A stretch of 64,000 bases of DNA. It comes from an uncultured Chloroflexia bacterium (GTDB lineage: Bacteria > Chloroflexota > Limnocylindria > Limnocylindrales > CSP1-4). Below, one piece after another: positions 43,372-50,232 of this stretch. The first letter of the stretch is position 1. Every line of letters starts with the position of its first letter. The stretch covers positions 141,272 to 205,271 of the forward strand of contig CAVYBU010000006.1 of assembly GCA_963766735.1 (NCBI GenBank). The letters are read 5' to 3'. The notes under the pieces were generated by a model, which was not told where the DNA came from, did no database searches, and was given only the letters and a program-made list of their open reading frames with translations. The position numbers and the translations under genes were made by a program.

Positions 43372-44268
43372 CTACTGGTCCTCGTCCGGCAGCAGCGGCC
43401 GCAGGGCCAGCGAGTACAGCGTCCCGTCGGGGGCGTTGAGGTACACACCGGCCACGATCCCTCCCTCGTACCCGTCCACGCCGACGGCCGATGCCTCGGC
43501 GGGCGTCAGCACCCTCGTTCGCAACTGGAGCGTGTTCGGGTCGGCCGGGAGCGCGAAGTCGGCCGGCGTGAGGTCCGGCCACGGCCACTCGCGAACCCTG
43601 ACGCCCTGGGCGCCAGCCGCATCGATCAGGACGCCGCGGAAGGCCGCGGGCTCGTACGGCGCGCTGCCCAGCGAACCGCCCCGATCGAAGTCCCGCAGTG
43701 AGTCGGCGAGCTTCATGAATGCGCCCTTGATGGCGGTGTCGGCGTCCGGCTCCCCCATCAACCCGAGGGCGGAGATGGTGACAACCTTCGAATCGCCATC
43801 CGCGTGGATCTCGAAGACGGTGCTCGGCGCGTCGGCGACGAGCGGGTTCTGGTACTCCTTCCTGGCCGCAGCGAGGCCGCCCTCTGCCAGCGCGAACACG
43901 AGCAGGTCCTGGATCTGGGCCTCCGAGAGAGTGGCGGTGCGGACCGGGCTGCCCGTGATCACGTCATCGGCCGAGGGCGTGATCGTCGTTGAGTTGCTGA
44001 CGAACACGACGCGTCCGTCGCCGTAGAGCGTGAAGTACGGGACGTGGGCGGCAATCCACTCGACGGGCACGAAGCCGCCGGCCTCGTCGGCCCGCAGGAT
44101 GATCTCGTTGGCCCCGGTCGGGTGGGCCAGCCCTTCCGGAGTGGCCGTGGGCGGTGACGTCGGGTCGGTGTCGGCGGGGCGCGCGGTGCCGGAGCCCGTC
44201 GCGGTGCAGGCAGAGAGGGCGATCGCCAGGGTGAGGAGCGCGGCTGGGCGCCGCAGGCGGGTGGACAT
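43372..44268 (-). CDS. hypothetical lipoprotein
   Basis: Lipobox LSAC; GGFVP...P.FTLYGDGRV...VADAPST. Confidence 0.75.
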   Translation of the reverse strand: MSTRLRRPAALLTLAIALSACTATGSGTARPADTDPTSPPTATPEGLAHPTGANEIILRADEAGGFVPVEWIAAHVPYFTLYGDGRVVFVSNSTTITPSADDVITGSPVRTATLSEAQIQDLLVFALAEGGLAAARKEYQNPLVADAPSTVFEIHADGDSKVVTISALGLMGEPDADTAIKGAFMKLADSLRDFDRGGSLGSAPYEPAAFRGVLIDAAGAQGVRVREWPWPDLTPADFALPADPNTLQLRTRVLTPAEASAVGVDGYEGGIVAGVYLNAPDGTLYSLALRPLLPDEDQ

Positions 44269-44296
44269 GTCGTCCGGGACGCGGGTCCGCGCCGTG

Positions 44297-44354
44297 CGGT
44301 TCCATCGCCGTTCGGTTCCATCGCCAGTCGGCCCATCGCCGTTCGGCCCATCGC
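44297..44354. repeat. four imperfect 15-16-bp tandem repeats
   Basis: CGG(TT/C)CCATCGCC-NNT units. Confidence 0.7.
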
Positions 44355-44454
44355 GGGAGGCAGTCCAGTGGGGCGCTCCGTCGGTCAGGGCCCGCGGACG
44401 CCCTGCCGCCGCGAAGCCTATGCTGGCCACGACCCAACCACCAGGAGGAGCCCG

Positions 44455-44658
44455 ATGGGCGTGATCATCATCCGGGAAATGGTCGGGACGAGCCCCCGAT
44501 CGTGGAGCGACGCCGCTCGCCAGGCCGTGGCGACCGCCTCGAAGACCGTGCGCAACATCCGCACGATCGAGGTGGTGAAATCGACCGCCCAGATCGACGA
44601 CGGTGAGATCGTCGAGTACGAGGTCCAGCTCAAGATCGGCTTCGAGTACGAGGGCTGA
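44455..44658 (+). CDS. dodecin family protein
   Basis: AGGAGG RBS; EMVGTS..SWSDA...ASKTVRNI...IVEYEV.LKIGF. Confidence 0.92.
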   Translation: MGVIIIREMVGTSPRSWSDAARQAVATASKTVRNIRTIEVVKSTAQIDDGEIVEYEVQLKIGFEYEG

Positions 44659-44976
44659 TCCCAGATAAGTCGCGGGTGAGCGGCGCGCGGCACCATGCCG
44701 CGCATGCCTGCGACGACCCATGGCTCCGACCGCCACGGAGCCAGATCCAACCACCCAGGGCCAACCGCCCGGGTTCCCGGGCACCCGCCGCTGGGCGGCC
44801 GGGTTGACGCTGCCGATCCCGCATCCCTATCGTTCGCGCCATCAGACGGCGCCGCTACCGGCAGCAGTTCCCGGCCGAACCCGTCGACGTCAGGGCACGA
44901 GGGACATGCGCTGGTCGCGGTCGGGCCTGGGATCGCAGGTTCAATGCTGTTCGCGGGACCGATCGGGCGGCTGGGG

Positions 44977-47900
44977 ATGAACCCGCTGCCGATCCAGCCG
45001 GCGAAGATCCACCCGCCGCTGCTCCGCCACGATGTCCTCTCCCGAGAGCGCCTCAACGGCTGGCTGGACAACGCGGCGAACGGGCGCGTCGCGCTGGTCA
45101 TCGCCGAGGCCGGGTTCGGCAAGACCACGTTCCTTGCGGACTGGGCGCGCCACACCCGACGCGCAACGGCGTGGTACCGCCTGGAACCGGATGACCGGGA
45201 CTGGCTCGCCTTCATCAGGCATCTGGTCGCAAGCGGCCGGGAGATCGACCCCGGGTTCGCTCCGGATACCTACGACCTGCTGGCCGCACTGGGGCCAGGT
45301 GGTCCGTCCAGGGATGACCTGATCGTCAGCGTCGCCCAGGAGATGGCCGAACTCGCATCGTCGCTGCCCAACGGCCTGAGCCTCCTGTTCGACGACTACC
45401 ACTCCGTCGACGGCAGCCCCGAGACCGAGCCCGTCATGAAGGCCCTGGTCGATCGAACGGGACCCGAATTCTCCCTGGTCATCGCGTCCCGGGCGGCGCC
45501 ATCGCTCGCCCTGGGCAGGCTGCGCGCCCGCGGCGCCCTCTCGCGGATCGACGGCGACGGCCTCTGTTTCGACGTCCCCGAGACGGAGCGCCTCTTCCGG
45601 GATGCCTACCACCAGCCCCTGGACGCGGACGTGGTGGTGGACCTGATCGCCCGGACGGAAGGCTGGGCCGCGCTCCTGTCGCTGGTCCACACGAGCCTTG
45701 AGGGCCGAGCGGCCGTCGAGGCTCGCGGGCTCGTCCGGCACCTGTCGGGCGCTCGCGGCGACATTCGTGACTATCTCGCCGAGGAGGTTCTCGACCACCT
45801 TGCTGATCATCTTGCTGACTTCTTGGTGCGCGCTTCGATCCTCGATGTTGTCGGGCCCGAGTCTGCGGCGCTACTTGGGATCGGCTCCAGAGATGAGTGC
45901 GTGGCAATGATCCGAGACGCCGCTGGCCTTGGTCTTTTGGTCGAGATCACGACGGGTGATGGCCACAGGTTCGTTCCGCTCGTTCGCGAGTACTTGTCCG
46001 CCCGTCTGAGCCGAGAAGAGGGGTGGGCCGCGATCCGCGATGCCCACATGATGCTGGGTGCGCACTACGTCGACTCTGACTGGAGGCTCGCCGCTCATCA
46101 CTATCGCGCTGCGGGGCAGCCGAGTTTGGCAGTCCAAGTCATCCAGAACTCCCTGAGCACCATCCTCGGCAGCGGACAGTACCGAGCTGCAGCTGACCTA
46201 CTCGCCGGTTCCGACGAACTCGTCGTAGGCGAGGTCCTTCGCTCACGACTCTTGCTACAAGTCGGCGCGGTCGCCGAAGCCCGATCCGCGTCGAGTTCCG
46301 CAGTCGCTGCCGCAGCATCGCACCGCCCAGCCGACCAATCGCTCGCTCTGCAGAACGCCGCAACGATCTCTCTGGTGTCTCGTCAGTACGAGGAAGGTCT
46401 CAAATACGCCGAAGAGGCGGAGGCGGCAGCCACCGACAGGTGGGAAGGGGAGCTCGCCCGGGCTCATGTCGCTCTGCTTGGCGCATCGGGAACTGGGAGC
46501 CTTCCGGCCCTGGTGCACCAACTTGAGCGCCTTCTGGGCGTCCAGCGCAAGCGGGCCTACTGGCATCACGCCGCCATCACAAGCCTCAACCTTGCTCAGG
46601 TCCTGGTTTGGCTGGACCGAGACACGGAAGCGCTGCGACATGCAGCCGACGCTGAAGAATTCCTGACCCGGTCATCCCAAGGCTATGAGTTGGTTTCCGT
46701 CAAGCTGGCGCAGGCTCACGCCGAGGCGCACCTCGGTCACTGGTGCGCAGCGCAGGCACTACTCGAGACCTCAGTTCAGACAGGCCACCCCGAGGGACAG
46801 GCTGAAGCGGTTCTAGACGCGGCAGGACTTGCTGCGTGGTTCGGGCCGAACGATCTCCCAGCGCGAATCCTGGCTCAGGTTCGGCGCGAGTCCCTCCCGT
46901 CCAGCTGGAAGGCACATTGGCGTATCGTCGATTTGTGGCTTGAGGAAGAGTCGCAGCGGCGGTCAGAGATCCTCGATGAGTTGCGGGCCGATCCGCCCCC
47001 CTCACTGGAGGTGGGGGCGGCATTTCGATGGCACTACACGAAGGCCAGGGCCTACCACGCTCAAGGGGATGCCAAAGGGTTCGACGACGAGATCGCGCGG
47101 GTTGACCAAGTCTGCCAACTCCAACGCTCACCGGTCGAGGAGCGGCTTCAGGCGTTGCTCCGTGGGGTCGCATCAGGACCACAGCATCTGTCGAGGGTGA
47201 TTGAGTCTTGGAGTCCGGCCTCCGCCCCTCTGATTGGGGTACTCGCGTACGAGGTCGCGGGCCTCCTAGGCTCCCTATCCGATGACGCCGCCGCTGCGGT
47301 TGGTCGTGCCGTGGCAGGTGCCCCATACAGATGGCGACGACCTCTGAGGGTCATGCTCGAGAAGGCCGGCCCGGCGCGACACCTGGACCGTATTGCACAA
47401 CTGCTTGAGGAGATCGGCGAATCGGCCGATGTTCAACTGCTTCGCGAGTACGGTCGTAGGTCGAAACGCGCGCGCGGAAACTGGGGCGAGGACTTGGGGC
47501 GACGACTCGCCCCGAGGGCGTTCATCGAGGATCTAGGCCCGATCTCGATCATCATTGGTGATCGCGTGATCGACGGGCGAGGAATCCGCCGCAGAGTCCT
47601 CGGCCTTCTTGCCTTTCTGATTAGCCAGCCCAACGGATCAGCAACGCCCGACCGCGTCATGGATGCACTGTGGCCTGAGTTGGACCCCGGGCAAGGGAGC
47701 AACTCGATCCACCAGACCATCTACTTCCTTCGGCGCGTGATCGACCCAGACTACCGGGCAGGCGTCTCTCCCGAGTACGTGCACTTCGATAGTGAGGTGA
47801 TCTGGCTCGATCGGGATCTCGTGCAGTGCAGGAGTTGGCGCTGTCAGGCTCTCCTAGGCAAGCGCGCCCTCTCGCCATCAGAGGTCGACGAACTCGTCCG

Positions 47901-48222
47901 GGACTACTGCGGGCGGTTCGCGGCCGAGTTCCCGTACGAGGACTGGGCGTCGGACTATCGGGACCATCTACATGCGCGCTACCTGGGCGAGATCGAGAAG
48001 GTCCTCTCAGAGCCTCGTCATAGTCCAGACCTGCGATGGAGATTATGGGTCGGCCAGCGGGCGCTTTCGGTCGATCCTGAAGCCGATGCGGTCGAGGCTC
48101 ACGTGATCCGGTTGTATCGCCGACTTGGGGCGTCTGCCGCCGCGGCAGAGCAGTACGGGCACTACTCGACCGTCATGAGAGACCAGCTCGGCGTCGAGCC
48201 CCCTGGGATCGAGGACCTCTGA
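44977..48222 (+). CDS. large transcriptional regulator: MalT-like ATPase, helical/TPR-like region, C-terminal winged-HTH + BTAD
   Basis: KIHPP, AEAGFGKTT (Walker A), FDDYH, TEGWAA, DYLAEEV; C-terminal LGP...LLAFL...DALWPE...IYFLRR...Y.G.F....PYEDW; start uncertain. Confidence 0.85.
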   Translation: MNPLPIQPAKIHPPLLRHDVLSRERLNGWLDNAANGRVALVIAEAGFGKTTFLADWARHTRRATAWYRLEPDDRDWLAFIRHLVASGREIDPGFAPDTYDLLAALGPGGPSRDDLIVSVAQEMAELASSLPNGLSLLFDDYHSVDGSPETEPVMKALVDRTGPEFSLVIASRAAPSLALGRLRARGALSRIDGDGLCFDVPETERLFRDAYHQPLDADVVVDLIARTEGWAALLSLVHTSLEGRAAVEARGLVRHLSGARGDIRDYLAEEVLDHLADHLADFLVRASILDVVGPESAALLGIGSRDECVAMIRDAAGLGLLVEITTGDGHRFVPLVREYLSARLSREEGWAAIRDAHMMLGAHYVDSDWRLAAHHYRAAGQPSLAVQVIQNSLSTILGSGQYRAAADLLAGSDELVVGEVLRSRLLLQVGAVAEARSASSSAVAAAASHRPADQSLALQNAATISLVSRQYEEGLKYAEEAEAAATDRWEGELARAHVALLGASGTGSLPALVHQLERLLGVQRKRAYWHHAAITSLNLAQVLVWLDRDTEALRHAADAEEFLTRSSQGYELVSVKLAQAHAEAHLGHWCAAQALLETSVQTGHPEGQAEAVLDAAGLAAWFGPNDLPARILAQVRRESLPSSWKAHWRIVDLWLEEESQRRSEILDELRADPPPSLEVGAAFRWHYTKARAYHAQGDAKGFDDEIARVDQVCQLQRSPVEERLQALLRGVASGPQHLSRVIESWSPASAPLIGVLAYEVAGLLGSLSDDAAAAVGRAVAGAPYRWRRPLRVMLEKAGPARHLDRIAQLLEEIGESADVQLLREYGRRSKRARGNWGEDLGRRLAPRAFIEDLGPISIIIGDRVIDGRGIRRRVLGLLAFLISQPNGSATPDRVMDALWPELDPGQGSNSIHQTIYFLRRVIDPDYRAGVSPEYVHFDSEVIWLDRDLVQCRSWRCQALLGKRALSPSEVDELVRDYCGRFAAEFPYEDWASDYRDHLHARYLGEIEKVLSEPRHSPDLRWRLWVGQRALSVDPEADAVEAHVIRLYRRLGASAAAAEQYGHYSTVMRDQLGVEPPGIEDL

Positions 48223-48316
48223 TCCAGCTGGTCGCGCCCGGCGACGAATGGGCGAGCGAGCGTGTCGGTATTGGCTTCCGAGTGGGCGGCCCGGTGGGCA
48301 TAGGTAGGGTTGCGTA

Positions 48317-48346
48317 TTGACCGGTGTAGTCCGCCGTGCATATAGT
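48317..48346 (+). promoter_or_regulatory. sigma70-type promoter of the riboswitch/peptide operon
   Basis: TTGACC-N18-TATAGT. Confidence 0.75.
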
Positions 48347-48388
48347 CCGGCCCTGCACCAGTACTTTCGTACGGTGCACCAAGGAAAC

Positions 48389-48464
48389 GCTTGGACGCGC
48401 TGATGCCACCACCTGAAATGGGCACTTAGGGTGGAGGCGGAGCGAGTAGTGCAACCGACCGGCT
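48389..48464 (+). ncRNA. c-di-GMP-II riboswitch aptamer
   Basis: GGA-CGC-GC-TGATG-[CCAC..CCT]-GAAAT-GGGCACTT-[AGG GTGG]..GGA-GCG-AGTAGTGCAACCGACC: conserved class II blocks, CGC/GCG stem, GCACT/AGTGC pseudoknot. Confidence 0.88.
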
Positions 48465-48489
48465 TTCGAGTCAGGTCGGTTTTCGTGTT
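48453..48489 (+). terminator. intrinsic terminator overlapping the aptamer 3' end (expression platform)
   Basis: AACCGACC-GGCT-TTCG-AGTC-A-GGTCGGTT followed by TTCGTGTT. Confidence 0.8.
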
Positions 48490-48524
48490 CCCGGCGGACA
48501 CGGAGGCCGCAAGGAGGTACGAGC

Positions 48525-48557
48525 GTGGCACCGAGCAAGGGCCTCAAGGGCTGGTAG
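48525..48557 (+). CDS. 10-aa micropeptide MAPSKGLKGW
   Basis: AAGGAGG at 48511-48517, 7 nt before GTG; ends LKGW like the LKGF end of the next ORF. Confidence 0.55.
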   Translation: MAPSKGLKGW

Positions 48558-48583
48558 GACCAGGATCGCGGGAGGATCGACCG

Positions 48584-48673
48584 ATGAAGGATCGCCTCAT
48601 GCGACTCCTGGCCACTCTCGGCGCAGTCGCCGCATTGGCGCTCGCCGGAGGCGCGTCGCTAAAGGGCTTCTAG
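48584..48673 (+). CDS. 29-aa signal-peptide-like precursor MKDRLMRLLATLGAVAALALAGGASLKGF
   Basis: GGAGG RBS 8 nt before ATG; basic n-region, hydrophobic h-region, short polar tail. Confidence 0.8.
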   Translation: MKDRLMRLLATLGAVAALALAGGASLKGF

Positions 48674-48758
48674 AAGCAGGCAAGGGCCTCAGTACACAAG
48701 TCCTCTTCACTTGTGGGTCGAAGGGGCTAGAGTCCCACCGTTCGGGAACTGAGGACGA

Positions 48759-50123
48759 ATGCCGACAAAGCTGAAGCTCTACATTATTGGAGTCGTAGCG
48801 ACGAGCGCTATCGCGCTCGCTGCTACGACTCGTTTGATTCCAGTCGAGGACGGGGTTGCCCTGACTGTGGGGCCGTTCGGATCTCTCTCGACTCAGGCAG
48901 GCCTCGCATTCTGGTGTGCGGTGACCCTGATCGCGTCCGCGCTTCCCGTCCGAATGCCTCGCGGAACCATGGTGGGCGTTTCGATCGCGCCGCTGATTGC
49001 GGCCACGGTCCTGGGCGGTCCGACTGCCGGAGCCTGGGTCGCGCTCATCGGGACGACGGAGGTGCGTGAGCTGCGCGGCCGTGTTCCGTGGTACGGCTCG
49101 CTGGCCAACCACGCCGGGCTGATGATCCCCGCGATGGTGGCCGGCATGGTCATGCGAGTACTCGGCGTCCCGGGGAGCGAGGAGTACGCGATCACCTTCA
49201 TCGCGGCTCTGATCGGTGCGGCCGCCTTCTTCCTGGTCAACGCGACGCTCACCGCTGCCGCGGTGGCCCTCCAAACTGAGCAGCCATTTCGCAGCGTGTT
49301 GCTGGGCGACGCCAAGGTCTTCGCCACGAACCTAATTGGGCTTGCCCCGCTCGCTTGGCTCATGGCCCAGATGTACGAGGTAGCTTGGTGGGCGAGCTTG
49401 CTGTTCGCCGTTCCGCTCTACACGACGCGGCTCGCGTACCACAACATCATCGAGATGCGCGAGATGTTCACTCAGACCATCACCGCGCTGGCTGGGGCCG
49501 TGGACAAGCGCGATCCGTACACCAGCAAGCACTCGTGGCGGGTCAAGGAGATCGCAGGCGATATCGGACGGGTCATGCGCCTGGGCGAGAGTGACCTCGA
49601 GGCCCTCGAATGGGGCGGCCTGCTGCACGACGTGGGCAAGATCGGCGTGCGGGACGCGGTGCTGCTCAAGCAGGAGAAGCTCAACAAGGAGGAACGGGCG
49701 CAGATGAACGCGCACCCGGTCCTCGGTGCGGAGATCATCGCGCCGGTGACGCGGCTGTCCCGGGAGCTGCCGATCATCCGCCACCACCACGAGTGGTACA
49801 ACGGCTCGGGGTACCCGGACCGGCTGATCGGGGACGAGATCCCGCTGCTGGCACGCATCCTTCACGTCGCGGACGCCTTCGAGGCGATGACCGCCGCCCG
49901 GCCATACCGGATGACGCCGCTGACCTCGGAGCAGGCACTGGGCGAGCTGCGCAAGTTCGCCGGCGTCCAGTTCGATCCCAAGGTGGTGGACGCCTTCGTG
50001 AAGACAGACTGGGCCCAGGATGTGGCCGACCCGGGCCGGACGGCGCAGGCGCGACCGATCCCGCTGATCTCGCAGCACGCGAACCGGACGGCCAACGCCG
50101 TTGCCACTCCCGACGCAACCTGA
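48759..50123 (+). CDS. HD-GYP phosphodiesterase with N-terminal multi-TM sensor domain
   Basis: About 6-7 TM, then DPYTSKHSWRV, LLHDVGKIG, HHEWYNGSGYP, VADAFEAMT..RPYR, QFDP. Confidence 0.93.
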   Translation: MPTKLKLYIIGVVATSAIALAATTRLIPVEDGVALTVGPFGSLSTQAGLAFWCAVTLIASALPVRMPRGTMVGVSIAPLIAATVLGGPTAGAWVALIGTTEVRELRGRVPWYGSLANHAGLMIPAMVAGMVMRVLGVPGSEEYAITFIAALIGAAAFFLVNATLTAAAVALQTEQPFRSVLLGDAKVFATNLIGLAPLAWLMAQMYEVAWWASLLFAVPLYTTRLAYHNIIEMREMFTQTITALAGAVDKRDPYTSKHSWRVKEIAGDIGRVMRLGESDLEALEWGGLLHDVGKIGVRDAVLLKQEKLNKEERAQMNAHPVLGAEIIAPVTRLSRELPIIRHHHEWYNGSGYPDRLIGDEIPLLARILHVADAFEAMTAARPYRMTPLTSEQALGELRKFAGVQFDPKVVDAFVKTDWAQDVADPGRTAQARPIPLISQHANRTANAVATPDAT

Positions 50124-50232
50124 GCACTTCCGCCTCGCCGGACAGCCTCGGCGGAGGTCGCACGGGTCGTAGCGGCAAACCGCTGCGGCACTGGCCGCAC
50201 ATGGATCGGGTGCCCGGCCCCACAATCTCGGG

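Noticed and set aside
48431-48673. 80-aa ORF as the peptide precursor
   Set aside because: Its 5' part overlaps the riboswitch and terminator; the RBS supports the ATG at 48584
50126-50200. GGCAAACC resembling a c-di-GMP-I riboswitch between the HD-GYP and DUF5317 genes
   Set aside because: No GNRA-capped P2 or GACGCAAAG block; the motif is simply the loop of a GTAGCGG/CCGCTGC hairpin
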